Made by a program: the position numbers and the translations under genes. Below the pieces are notes generated by a model. That model made no database searches. It saw only the letters and a list, made by a program, of their open reading frames with translations, and was not told where the DNA came from. A DNA stretch of 64,000 bases, from positions 15,261-79,260 of the forward strand of contig JBIOTN010000175.1 of the NCBI GenBank assembly GCA_044866005.1, written 5' to 3'. The stretch comes from Candidatus Rokuibacteriota bacterium. Lineage in GTDB: Bacteria > Methylomirabilota > Methylomirabilia > Rokubacteriales > DASRDR01. Below are positions 47,312-56,554 of this stretch, piece by piece; position 1 is the stretch's first letter; each line of letters starts with the position of its first letter.

Positions 47312-47578
47312 ATGCCGGACGCCTACCGCGAGTTCGAAGCCGAGAGCCTGTTCTGCCCGCGCTGCCGGCGGGCCGTGGCCGTGCGGAAGAAGCTCCTCCT
47401 CGTCCTGCCGACCGGCAACAAGTACGACTACGTCTGCCAGCAGTGCGGGACGCCGGTCGGCGGGAAGCTCGACCACGACTCCACCGCGTTCCGGCAGACC
47501 TCGCAGGCCGCCGTCGCGGCGGCTCGGCGCGCGCCGCCGCCCGAGCGTCCCACGCGGCCGCGTCGGCCCACTCCCTGA
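47312..47578 (+). CDS. Small zinc-finger protein
   Basis: CPRC..CQQCG; TACAAT at 47292-47297 upstream. Confidence 0.75.
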   Translation: MPDAYREFEAESLFCPRCRRAVAVRKKLLLVLPTGNKYDYVCQQCGTPVGGKLDHDSTAFRQTSQAAVAAARRAPPPERPTRPRRPTP

Positions 47579-47591
47579 CGCGGAGGTCGCC

Positions 47592-47984
47592 ATGCCCAGG
47601 ACCACCCAGCTCGTCCTCAGCCTCGCCTCGAAGCCCGGCGTCCTCGCGCAGGTCGCCTCGACGCTCGCCCAGGCCGGCGTGAACATCACGGCCATCTGCG
47701 CGGGCGAGGCCACCGGCGGCCGCGGCAAGATCCGCCTCCTCGTCGACAATCCGGCCCGCGCCACCGAGGCGCTCAAGGCGGCGAAGCTCCGGGTGGGCGA
47801 GGAAGAGGCGCTGACCGTCACCCTCGACAACCGCCCCGGCAGCCTCGCCGAGGTCGCCGAGCGGCTCGGCCGCGCCCGGGTCAACGTGAAGTGCGCCTAC
47901 GCGACCACCCAGGGCGGCGGCCCGGCGCTCGTCGTGCTCTCGGTCTCGAACGCGGCGAAGGCACAGGCAGCGCTCGGCGGGTAG
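47592..47984 (+). CDS. Tandem ACT-domain protein
   Basis: SKPGVLA..AGVNI and NRPGSLA..VNV; GGAGG RBS. Confidence 0.88.
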   Translation: MPRTTQLVLSLASKPGVLAQVASTLAQAGVNITAICAGEATGGRGKIRLLVDNPARATEALKAAKLRVGEEEALTVTLDNRPGSLAEVAERLGRARVNVKCAYATTQGGGPALVVLSVSNAAKAQAALGG

Positions 47985-47992
47985 GGCGCCCG

Positions 47993-49600
47993 GTGGCCGG
48001 GGCGCGCGAGGGCGCCGAGGCAGGCCGCGCGCGCGCCTATCACGAGGCGACGAAGCACTCGTGGCAGAGCGTCCGGGCGAGCGAGCACGTCCTCGACTGG
48101 GCGAACAAGCCCTTCCTCTTCAAGGTCTATCCTGACGCGCCGGCCGTCCCGCTGCCGCGCGATCTCCCGGCGCCCGAGATGCCCGCCCTCGACGCGGTGG
48201 GGGCAGGGCCGGTTGCCGCGGCGGGCCGCGCGCTCGACCTCGGCGGCCTCGCCCAGCTCCTCTTCTTCTCGGCCGGGCTGACCAAGAAGAAGGTCTACCC
48301 GGGCGGCGAGACGATCCACTTCCGCGCCGCCGCCTCGACCGGCGCGCTCTACGAGGTCGAGGTCTACGTCGTGGCGGGCGCCGTGGCCGGCCTCGAGCCG
48401 GGCGTCTACCATTTCGGGCCGGGCGACTTCGCCCTGCGCCGCCTCCGCGCGGGCGACTGCCGGGCCGCCCTGGCCGACGCCGCGAGCGACCCCGACGCGG
48501 TCCGGCGCGCGCCCGCCTCGCTCGTCCTGACCGCCCTCTACGCGCGCAACACGTGGAAGTACCAGGCGCGGGCCTTCCGCCACTTCTTCTGGGATGCCGG
48601 GACCCTCCTCGCGAACCTCACCGCGACCGCGACCGCGGCGGGGCGGCCGGCGGCGATCCTGGTCGGCTTCGCCGATCCCGCCGTGAACCATCTCCTCGGC
48701 CTCGACCCGACCCGCGAGGGGAGCCTCGCCGTCGTGCCGCTCGGCGACGGCGCGCCGCTCCCGCCGGCGGCGCCCGCCCTGCCGCCGCTCGACCTGCCCG
48801 TCATCCCGCTCGCGGACCGCGAGGTGGACGCTCCGCTGGTCCGGGAGGCCTACGCGGCGTCCTCGCTGCCGAGCGGCGCCGCCGCGCGCGCCTGGGCCGG
48901 TGCGGACACGCCCGCCGACCCGCCGCCGTCGAGCGATCCGGCGGCGGCCCCGTTCCACGCCCTGGCCGTGACCGGCGCGGCGCCGCCGGCCTCGCTCGGC
49001 GCGACCATCCTCCGCCGGGGCTCGACCCGGGCCTTCAGCCGCGAGCCGATCGCCTTCGCCGAGCTGTCGCGAATCCTGGACGCGGCCGGCCGCCCGCTGC
49101 CGCTGGACGTCGGCGGCGCCGGGACGCCGCTCGTGCGCGTGTACCTGCTCGTCCACGCGGTGGACGGCTTCCCCGCCGGCGCCTACCGCCACGACCCCCG
49201 GCGCCGCGGGCTCCAGCTCCTGCAGGCCGGCGCGTTCCGCGCCGAGGGCGGCTACCTCTGCCTCGAGCAGCCGCTCGGCGCCGACGCCGGCGCCGTGCTC
49301 TTCTTCCTCTCGGACCTCGGGGCGATCCTCGACCGGTACGGCGATCGGGGCTACCGCGCGGTGAACCTGGCCGCCGGCCTCCTCGGGGGGCGCGCCTATC
49401 TCGCCGCGTACGCCCAGGGACTCGGCGCCTCGGGCCTCACCTTCTACGACGACGACGTGGTGCGCTTCTTCTCGCCCGACGCCGCGGGCACGGAGGCGAT
49501 CTTCGTGACGGCCCTCGGCCGTGCCCACCGGGCGCCGGCGCGCGGGCTCGGGCGCATCGAGGGCCGCGTCGCGGCCCTGCGCCCGGGCGAGCACGGATGA
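47993..49600 (+). CDS. SagB/ThcOx-type double nitroreductase-fold protein
   Basis: YHEATKH, RAAASTGALYE, WKYQARA, RRGSTR and RYGDRGYR motifs. Confidence 0.85.
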   Translation: MAGAREGAEAGRARAYHEATKHSWQSVRASEHVLDWANKPFLFKVYPDAPAVPLPRDLPAPEMPALDAVGAGPVAAAGRALDLGGLAQLLFFSAGLTKKKVYPGGETIHFRAAASTGALYEVEVYVVAGAVAGLEPGVYHFGPGDFALRRLRAGDCRAALADAASDPDAVRRAPASLVLTALYARNTWKYQARAFRHFFWDAGTLLANLTATATAAGRPAAILVGFADPAVNHLLGLDPTREGSLAVVPLGDGAPLPPAAPALPPLDLPVIPLADREVDAPLVREAYAASSLPSGAAARAWAGADTPADPPPSSDPAAAPFHALAVTGAAPPASLGATILRRGSTRAFSREPIAFAELSRILDAAGRPLPLDVGGAGTPLVRVYLLVHAVDGFPAGAYRHDPRRRGLQLLQAGAFRAEGGYLCLEQPLGADAGAVLFFLSDLGAILDRYGDRGYRAVNLAAGLLGGRAYLAAYAQGLGASGLTFYDDDVVRFFSPDAAGTEAIFVTALGRAHRAPARGLGRIEGRVAALRPGEHG

Positions 49601-50259
49601 CCCGGCGCCCCGCGCTCGGCCGCCTGCTCGGGCTCGGCCTCGCCCTCGCGCTCGGGTACGCGGCGACCGGCCGCGCGGCGCCCGGCGTCCCGGATCCCTC
49701 GCCCGCCACGCCTTCGGCCGCGGAGCGCCAGCGCCTGCGCGAGGGCGAGGTGGTCTACCGGAACGGCGCGGCCCCGCGCGACGGCGTCGCCGTCCCGGGC
49801 GCGCGCGGGGCCGTCGCCTTCGTTCGCGTGCCGACCGCGCCCGAGCCGGTCTGGGCGATCCTCACCACGCCGACCCGGTACCCCGAGATCTTCCCGGGTC
49901 TCCAGCGCGTCGAGGTGCTCGAGACCGGGGCCGAGGGGTGGCTCCTCCGGACCGAGGGCAAGGTCGGCCCCTTCACCTTCCGCTACCACACGTGGTACCG
50001 CGTCCGGCCGGAGGCGCGCACCATCGCCTGGCGCCTGGACGGGAGCCGGGACAACGACGTCCTCGACGACAACTGGGGGTGGTGGCGCCTGGTCCCGGAC
50101 GACGGCGGGACCCTGGTCGTCTACGCCATCGGGTCGATCCCGTCGAGCTGGCAGCCGCTGGCCGGCTTCTTCGAGCGGCGCGGCATCGTGCAGGCACTGG
50201 CCGCGCTGCGGGACGCCGCGGCCCGCCGCGCCGCGGCCCGCGACGGGGGCGCGGGGTGA
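49597..50259 (+). CDS. Exported SRPBCC/polyketide-cyclase-fold protein
   Basis: Signal peptide; PEPVWAIL..YPEIFP; GWWRL..GTLVVY. Confidence 0.7.
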   Translation: MTRRPALGRLLGLGLALALGYAATGRAAPGVPDPSPATPSAAERQRLREGEVVYRNGAAPRDGVAVPGARGAVAFVRVPTAPEPVWAILTTPTRYPEIFPGLQRVEVLETGAEGWLLRTEGKVGPFTFRYHTWYRVRPEARTIAWRLDGSRDNDVLDDNWGWWRLVPDDGGTLVVYAIGSIPSSWQPLAGFFERRGIVQALAALRDAAARRAAARDGGAG

Positions 50260-50960
50260 TCAGCGTGGTCATTCCCGCCCGCAACGAAGCCCGGACGATC
50301 GGCGCGACGCTCGACCATCTCGAGGCCTGCACGCCCCCGGACGCGGCAGAGGTCGTGGTCGCCGTCGGCGGCTCGACCGACGAGACGGCGAAGATCGCCG
50401 CCCGGGCCGCGCGCGTCGTCCACGGGGACGACCCCACGCGCGCCGGGCTCCTCAACGCCGGGGCGCGAGCGGCCCGGGGGGACGTCCTCCTCTTCCTCCA
50501 CGCCGACACGCTCCCCCCGCCGGACTACGTCGCCGCGATCGAGGCCGCGCTCGTCCCCCCCGCGGTCGTCGGCGGCGCGTTCGACTTCGAGTTCCAGGAG
50601 CGGGCCTGGCGCCTCGCGGCGATCTCGACGCTGAACCGCCTGCGCTGTCGCCTCACGGGCAACTTCTACGGCGACCAGGGCATCTTCGTCCGCCGCGCCG
50701 TCTTCGACCGGCTCGGGGGCTTCCCGCGCCGGCAGCTCTTCGAGGACGTCGTCTTCTCGCAGGCGATGCGCGAGGCGGGGCAGACCGTGCTCCTCCGGGG
50801 CCGGCGCGTCCGGAGCTCCGGCCGGCGGCTCCTCGCGCGCGGCTTCTGCCGGACGATCGGTCTCATGACGTGGCTCATCGCGCTCCACGCGCTCGGCCGG
50901 GACACCGAAGGCTATGCCGCCCGCTATCACGGCGGGCGGCCGACGGGCCCGGGCTCGTGA
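50256..50960 (+). CDS. GT2 of the TIGR04283 type (rSAM/selenodomain- or arsenosugar-associated)
   Basis: LNAGA, LLFLHADT, YGDQGIF, FED and SSGRR motifs. Confidence 0.82.
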   Translation: MISVVIPARNEARTIGATLDHLEACTPPDAAEVVVAVGGSTDETAKIAARAARVVHGDDPTRAGLLNAGARAARGDVLLFLHADTLPPPDYVAAIEAALVPPAVVGGAFDFEFQERAWRLAAISTLNRLRCRLTGNFYGDQGIFVRRAVFDRLGGFPRRQLFEDVVFSQAMREAGQTVLLRGRRVRSSGRRLLARGFCRTIGLMTWLIALHALGRDTEGYAARYHGGRPTGPGS

Positions 50961-50964
50961 CGCC

Positions 50965-51038
50965 TTCGGAGGGGGCCTCGACGGCCCCCGCCGATGCCTC
51001 CCCCGGGAAGTGCGCCGGCACAGCCGGCGCTCGGAGCG
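50965..51038 (+). repeat. Two-hairpin REP-like repeat
   Basis: TTCGGAGGGGGCCTCGACGGCCCCCGCCGATGCCTCCCCC..GCGCCGGCACAGCCGGCGCTCGGAGC. Confidence 0.85.
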
Positions 51039-51090
51039 CTCGTTCCAGAGCGCGGGGTCATTCGGCGACTGGAGCCCCCTGCGCGGCGCT

Positions 51091-52026
51091 TCAGGCCGCG
51101 CGGGCGCCTGGCGTCGCCGGGGGCTCGCCGGCCCGGTGGACGGGGTGCCCGCCGTACTGGTTGCGCAGGAGGGCGACCGCCTTGGCGGTGGGCGAGTCGA
51201 GGTCGCGATACTGCATGAGCATGGTCTGCGAGAGCGTCACGACGGGGGTCGGGATGTCCCGCTGGAAGGCCCAGTCCACGACCCACTTGACCTCGCCCGT
51301 GTCCTCGACGTAGGGCGAGAGCCGCGCGAACTCCGGCTCCTCCCGGAGCGCCTGGCCCATCAGCTCGACGAGCCAGCTCCGGATCACCGAGCCGTGCTGC
51401 CAGTTGTCGAAGAGGGCCGGGAGGTCGAGCGCGAAGCCGGAGCGCTGCAAGAGCTCCACGCCCTCCGCGATCGCCTGGACCATCCCGAACTCGATCGCGT
51501 TGTGGACGAGCTTGACGAAGTGGCCGGCTCCCGAGGGGCCGACGAAGACCGCGCCGCGCGCGTCCACCGCCAGGTCCCGGAGGATCGGGAGGACGAGGTC
51601 ATAGGCCGCGCGGTCGCCGCCGGCCATGAAGCAGGCCCCGTGGCGGGCGCCGCTCACCCCGCCGCTCGTGCCGACGTCCAGGAACCGGATCCCGCGCTCG
51701 GCGAAGAGGCGCGCCCGCCGCTGGGAGTCCGCCCAGTGGGAGTTGCCGCCGTCCACCACGACGTCGCCCGCCGCGAGGAGCGGTCGGAGCCCGTCGCACA
51801 CGCTCTCGGTCGCGGCCCCGTGCGGCACGTAGACGAAGACGATGCGCGGCGGCTCGAGCCGCGCGGCCAGCTCGGCGAGCGACGCGGCCGCCGCGAGCCC
51901 TTCCCGGGCGAGCCGCTCGGTGGGCCCGGGATCGCGGTTGTAGCCGGCGACGCGGTGGCCTTTCTCCATCGCGCGCCGCGCCAGGTTCGCCCCCATGCGA
52001 CCGAGGCCGACGATCCCGAAGGTCAT
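51091..52026 (-). CDS. gnd: 6-phosphogluconate dehydrogenase, decarboxylating (short form)
   Basis: GLGRMG, DGGNS, DVGTSGG, GHFVKLVHNAIEFG, SVIRSWL and RNQYGGH motifs. Confidence 0.93.
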   Translation of the reverse strand: MTFGIVGLGRMGANLARRAMEKGHRVAGYNRDPGPTERLAREGLAAAASLAELAARLEPPRIVFVYVPHGAATESVCDGLRPLLAAGDVVVDGGNSHWADSQRRARLFAERGIRFLDVGTSGGVSGARHGACFMAGGDRAAYDLVLPILRDLAVDARGAVFVGPSGAGHFVKLVHNAIEFGMVQAIAEGVELLQRSGFALDLPALFDNWQHGSVIRSWLVELMGQALREEPEFARLSPYVEDTGEVKWVVDWAFQRDIPTPVVTLSQTMLMQYRDLDSPTAKAVALLRNQYGGHPVHRAGEPPATPGARAA

Positions 52027-52071
52027 GCCTGCCTCCTTTGCCTCTGCCCGCGCGCCCGCGGCCGGCCCGCC

Positions 52072-53412
52072 TCAATCCCACATCGCGTCGAAGACGGAGC
52101 CCGCGACCGTGGGGAAGACGTAGTGCATGCCCGCCAACTCCCGCCGCGTGAGGCCGCCCCGCATCGCGACCGCCGCGATGTGGATCAGGTCCTCCGCGCC
52201 GGCCCCCAGGACGTGGACGCCGAGGAGCCGGCCGCTCGACCGCTCGTAGACGACCTTGACGAGCCCCTCGGTCTCCGCCCGCACGCCGGCCGCCGCGCTG
52301 TCCGCGAACGGCGCGCGGCTCACCGCGACGTCGAGCCCCCGGCGCCGCGCCTCGGCCTCCGTGAGGCCGACCTGCGCGAGGGTCGGGATCGTGAACACCG
52401 TCGTCGGCAGGAGGCCGAAGTCGACGCCGCGGCGGTTGCCCTGGAGCGCGTTCTCCACCGCGAGGCGGCCCTCGTACCAGGCGACGGGCGTGTGCTGGTG
52501 CTGCCCCGTCACGTCGCCGGCCGCGTAGACGTGGGGGGCGCTCACGGACTGGCGGTACTCGTTCACCTTGACGCCGCCGCGCTCCGTCGCGACACCGGCC
52601 GCCTCGAGGCCGAGCCGGCCGGTGTTGGGCGGGCGGCCGGTCGCGACGAGGACGACGTCGGCCCGGAAGCGCGCCGCCTTGCCGTCCACCTCGGCCTCGA
52701 CCGTCCGATCGGGCGCGATCCGGCGGACCTTCGCCCCCGTGCGGACCACGAGACCCGCGGCGCGGCCCAGCTCGACCAGCGCCTCGCGGAGCTCCGCGTC
52801 CACGTGCGGGAGCACCGCCGGTCCGGACTGGAGCACCGTGACGCGCGTCCCGGCCCGGGCGAAGGCGAAGCCGAATTCCATTCCGATGAGGCCGCCGCCG
52901 ATGACCACGAGCCGCGCGGGACGCGTGGTGCGGTCGAGCAGCTCGTCGCTCGTGAGCGCGCGCTCGACGCCCTCGATCGATGGACGCGCGGGCGAGGAGC
53001 CGGTCGCCAGGACGACGCGCTCGGCGGTCACCCGCCGGTCGCCGACCCGGAGCTCGTGCGCGCCGGTGAACGCGGCCTGGCCCCGGAGCACCGCGATGCC
53101 TTGATCTTCCAGGCTCCTGGGCTTGCCCTTCGACCACTCCGCGACGAGCCGGTTCTTCCGCGCGATGACGGCGCGCCAGTTCAGGCCGACGCCGGCCGTC
53201 CCCGTGAGCCCGAGCTTGGCGGCGTGCCGGGCCCGCCACCAGAGCTCGACGGTGCTGACCAGCACCTTCTTCGGAATTCAGCCCGTGCCGAGGCAGGTCC
53301 CCGCGAACCCGTCCTGCTCGACGATCGCCGTCCGGGCGCCGAGCTCCCTGCCCGTCCGGGCGGCCGTCGTCCCGGCGGTCCCGGCCCCGATGACCACGAG
53401 ATCGTAGTCCAC
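52072..53412 (-). CDS. Selenocysteine-containing flavin disulfide oxidoreductase (class I; CxxxxU), 446 aa
   Basis: YDLVVIGAGTAG..GTCLGTG-TGA-IPKK continues in frame into ATGS, GGGLIG, ATGRPPN and AAGD. The TGA at 53278-53280 occupies the second active-site Cys position and a SECIS-like hairpin follows. Confidence 0.9.
53251..53266 (-). promoter_or_regulatory. SECIS-like hairpin
   Basis: GGUGCU-GGUC-AGCACC, with the loop 17 nt after UGA. Confidence 0.75.
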
Positions 53413-53650
53413 CTGACCCTCCTCGCTCGCGGCGTCGTTCCGCCTCAGCACGGTGTCTCGCGGGCAGATTCCGCCGCACAGGTGGCGCACTCGAACGTGA
53501 GCCGGTAGCGGCGCCCCAGCACTCGACGGCCTCCCCCGCCTACTACTCTACGATACTGCCAGAAATGCGCCGGCCTGGCCCGGACGCGCCGCGGTCGCGG
53601 CTGCGCCGCGCCGCGAGCAACAGAAGGACGTCGAGCCAGGGGCGATGACA

Positions 53651-53676
53651 GACAACCGGGCCGCGCCGTTTATTCC
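53651..53676 (-). promoter_or_regulatory. ECF-type promoter GGAAT-N18-GTC
   Basis: GGAATaaacggcgcggcccggttGTC, facing the Sec-reductase/gnd operon. Confidence 0.5.
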
Positions 53677-53709
53677 GTGGGGACGCGACCCGGCGCCGGG
53701 GCGTCGCAC

Positions 53710-53735
53710 GGAATAAAGCCGGGGACTCCTCTGTT
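53710..53735 (+). promoter_or_regulatory. ECF-type promoter GGAAT-N18-GTT
   Basis: GGAATaaagccggggactcctctGTT(GA), 43 nt before ATG 53779. Confidence 0.75.
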
Positions 53736-53778
53736 GAGGGGGCAGAGTCGCACATCGGGCGAATGGAGGTGAGGCCCC

Positions 53779-54072
53779 ATGGTTCGAGAAGTCCTGGGCA
53801 CCGTGTCGGTCGCTGCGCTGCTGGCGCTCGGCGGAACGGACGCGCTGGCTCAAGCCGCGAACCCCTGTGCCGCGAAGAAGCCGGCCGCGCAGCCCGCCAA
53901 CCCGTGCGCGGCCAAGAACCCGTGCGCGGCGAAGAACCCGTGCGCCGCCAAGAAGCCCGTCGCCGCTCAGATCGCGAGAGGCACGACGATCACCACGGCC
54001 AGCGCGCCGGAGGAGATCCCACGTTTTCCGCGATCCTTCGGCGCCGGGACCGGTGGCGGCGTCCAGAAGTAG
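53779..54072 (+). CDS. Small secreted NPCAAK-repeat protein
   Basis: GGAGGT RBS, signal peptide ending ..ALA, and four NPCAAK units. Confidence 0.85.
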   Translation: MVREVLGTVSVAALLALGGTDALAQAANPCAAKKPAAQPANPCAAKNPCAAKNPCAAKKPVAAQIARGTTITTASAPEEIPRFPRSFGAGTGGGVQK

Positions 54073-54167
54073 GCCTTAGCCTCCGCGGCTGTCGGGCAGG
54101 CCGGGGCGGTGCCACCTGGGCCAGCCCCGGCCTTCGCGGCCACGCGATGGGCCGCGGCGGTCCGCGA

Positions 54168-54632
54168 TCATGGCGCGCCTGCCGCCTGCCTCGTGATCTT
54201 CTCGAAGATCGGGTCGAGCTCGGCGCCGACCCGGCGTACCTCGGGATGACCGTAGCCCCGGAGGAGCGCGGACGGCTTTCCGTAGACGAGCGTCGACGTC
54301 CGATCCGGGTTCTCGTAGACGTAGATGCGGATCGGCGCCTCGTACGCCGCGCGCGGATCCGCGTTGATCAGCCGCACGGCGAAGTCGTTGCGGAAGACGA
54401 AGAAGACCTGATTGCCCGGTAACGTCACCCCTCGGGCCGCCGCGCCCTGCTGGGCGTTGGCGCGGCAGACCAACCCCATGCGCTGGTCCGCGATCGCCTG
54501 CTCGAGCGCGGCGGTGACCCGCTCGAAGGGCGCCGTCGAGCTGAGCACGACCGTTTCGTCCTGAGCGGATGCCGCCGACCAGGGTCCGGCGGCGAACACC
54601 AGCGCGACGGCGAGGGATCCCGGCAGCCACAT
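54168..54632 (-). CDS. Periplasmic DUF302-family protein
   Basis: Signal peptide; PFERVTAALEQAI..APIRIYVYE..Y.KPS. Confidence 0.82.
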   Translation of the reverse strand: MWLPGSLAVALVFAAGPWSAASAQDETVVLSSTAPFERVTAALEQAIADQRMGLVCRANAQQGAAARGVTLPGNQVFFVFRNDFAVRLINADPRAAYEAPIRIYVYENPDRTSTLVYGKPSALLRGYGHPEVRRVGAELDPIFEKITRQAAGAP

Positions 54633-54646
54633 ACGACACCTCCGTC

Positions 54647-55879
54647 TCAGCTCAGCGTCAGCTCGCGCGCGTAGAGCAGGAAGGTCGAGCGTCGCGTCGC
54701 GGCGAGGGCCTCTCGGATCTCGAGGGTCCCCTTGCCGGCGCCCTGGGCGAGGAACGATTCGAAGAAGCGGGTGTAGAAGTGGTCGGGATATACGGTGACG
54801 ACGACCCGGAGCCGCAGGCCGGGGGCGTCGACCGGGCGCCGATAGGCGAGGACGAAGCGCTCGCCGGGCGGGATCCGCGTGTCCGCCAGCTCGCGGGAGA
54901 GGTCGAGGGGAACGTCGCGGCCGATCACGCGCTCCTCCCGGCTACCGGGCACCGGGCGGCCGGCCGCGTCGGTCAGCTCGGCCGTCACCACCACGCGCGG
55001 CGTGACGTAGGTCGGGAAGTAGTGGCCGACCTTCGTGCTGGCGAGCGTCACGGTCGCGCTCACCGTGTCGCCGGGCCGGTAGCGCGCCTTGTCGGTGGTG
55101 ACGGTGAGGGTCACCCCGGACCGCACCATGTCGGGGTCGTGGATGCCCCGCCAGAGGTGGCGGCGGTCGGGCATGTGGCACTCGTGGCATTGCACCCCGG
55201 CCCGTCCGAACGGGCCCGCCTTCCACTCGTTATAGGTGTTCTCCAGAAGCTTGCCGTTCAGGGCATAGCCGTCGGCCGGGAACTGGTGGCACTCCTTGCA
55301 GAACTCCGAGCGCAGGAACGCCGGCGTCCGGGTCACGCCGTTGTGCGGGAGCTTCTCTCGCGGGAGCGCGCTTGCGAGTGTCCCGTCCCGCTTCGGCGGC
55401 CCGAACCGCTCGTGCGCGCGGACGTGGCACGCGGCGCACACGAGCCCCTGCGCCTTCAGCGTCGCGTCGAAGGCCGGGTTCGCACGGTAGCCGCCTGCCC
55501 GGTCGGCGACCTTCTCCTGCTGCTCCGTGAGCGGCGCATGGCAGGTGTAACACTGGAGGGCCGACGCGGCGTCGGTCCCGAGCATCTCGACGAGCTGGCC
55601 CTTCACGCCGGGACTCATGCTCGCCGCATGGACCGTCGTCTGCCAGTCCGCGAGCTCGGCAGGGTGGCACGTCCCGCAACTCTTCGGGAGCAGGGATGCT
55701 TCGATCGGCGAATATCGCGGTGGAGGCTGGCCCTGCGGCGGAATCGGCAGCTGCCAGTGGCGAGCCAGGAAGCCCTGCTGCTCGGCCTCGGACCAGCTCC
55801 GCTGCGCGCCGCTCCCCGGCGCCGCAAGCCCGAGCGCGACCGCGGTGAGGAGGGCGAGGAGGCGAGGGCTCAGGCCCAT
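54647..55879 (-). CDS. Periplasmic pentaheme cytochrome c (c554/c552-like)
   Basis: Signal peptide; CGTCH, CYTCH, CAACH, CKECH and CHECH; C-terminal GHYFPT. Confidence 0.92.
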   Translation of the reverse strand: MGLSPRLLALLTAVALGLAAPGSGAQRSWSEAEQQGFLARHWQLPIPPQGQPPPRYSPIEASLLPKSCGTCHPAELADWQTTVHAASMSPGVKGQLVEMLGTDAASALQCYTCHAPLTEQQEKVADRAGGYRANPAFDATLKAQGLVCAACHVRAHERFGPPKRDGTLASALPREKLPHNGVTRTPAFLRSEFCKECHQFPADGYALNGKLLENTYNEWKAGPFGRAGVQCHECHMPDRRHLWRGIHDPDMVRSGVTLTVTTDKARYRPGDTVSATVTLASTKVGHYFPTYVTPRVVVTAELTDAAGRPVPGSREERVIGRDVPLDLSRELADTRIPPGERFVLAYRRPVDAPGLRLRVVVTVYPDHFYTRFFESFLAQGAGKGTLEIREALAATRRSTFLLYARELTLS

Positions 55880-55914
55880 CGCCTCCTCATCTTAGCCACG
55901 CTCGGGAGGCGGTG

Positions 55915-56496
55915 CTAGTACTTCGGCGCCGCCGGGGTCTTCGCCGCGCAGGGGTTCTTCGCGGCACACGGGTTCTTGGCCGCGCACGGGTTCTTCGCCG
56001 CGCACGGGTTCTTCGCCGCGCAGGGGTTGGCGCCGCCGGCCTGCGCGATGTAGACGTACGCAGCGCGCCGGGCGCCGTTCTTGTCCACGTAAGACACGGT
56101 GATGTGCTCGCCGGGCTTGAGGTCGGTCAGCCGCTTCTGGACGGGGCCCTGCCGGACCTGGGTCCGCTCATCGAGGCTCAGGCTGAGCGGCCCTTCGGCG
56201 GTCTTGACCTGGAGGGAGTCCTTCCGGACGGCCGTCACCGTCGCCTTCGCCATCCGCGCCTTGCCGGGGACCGAGGCCGCGCCGGCTGCGCAGGGATTCT
56301 TGGCGGCGCACGGGTTCTTCGCGCCACACGGGTTCTTGGCCGCGCACGGATTCTTCGCCGCACACGGGTTCCCCGCCTTGACCGCACAGGGGTTCTTGCC
56401 GGCACAGGGGTTCCCGCCGGCTTCCGCGGCCCCGATGCCCGCGCCGGACGCCAGGACCGCGGCGACGGACACCGTGCTGAGCGCTTCTCGGATCAT
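55915..56496 (-). CDS. Secreted protein with 12 NPCxxK repeats flanking an OB-fold-like domain
   Basis: Signal peptide similar to that of 53779; 7 N-terminal and 5 C-terminal NPC units around LDERTQV..LTDLKPGEHITVSY. Confidence 0.85.
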   Translation of the reverse strand: MIREALSTVSVAAVLASGAGIGAAEAGGNPCAGKNPCAVKAGNPCAAKNPCAAKNPCGAKNPCAAKNPCAAGAASVPGKARMAKATVTAVRKDSLQVKTAEGPLSLSLDERTQVRQGPVQKRLTDLKPGEHITVSYVDKNGARRAAYVYIAQAGGANPCAAKNPCAAKNPCAAKNPCAAKNPCAAKTPAAPKY

Positions 56497-56554
56497 CGGG
56501 TCGCTCCTTTCCCTTGGAGGGTGTCGGGACACTCGACCGGCCCGTACCGGCCGG

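Noticed and set aside
47993..49600. Thiazole/oxazole RiPP cluster (SagB plus Cys-rich peptides)
   Set aside because: There is no YcaO or E1-like protein. The Cys-repeat proteins have secretion signal peptides and lie in separate transcription units, and stand-alone SagB-like proteins are common.
52072..53412. merA or gor assignment
   Set aside because: There is no C-terminal Cys-Cys pair or mer genes, and no HPTxxE motif, so it is left unnamed.
53669..53717. Long inverted repeat TTTATTCCGTG..CACGGAATAAA as a terminator or riboswitch
   Set aside because: It is better explained as the back-to-back -35 regions of two divergent ECF-type promoters, though an operator role cannot be excluded.
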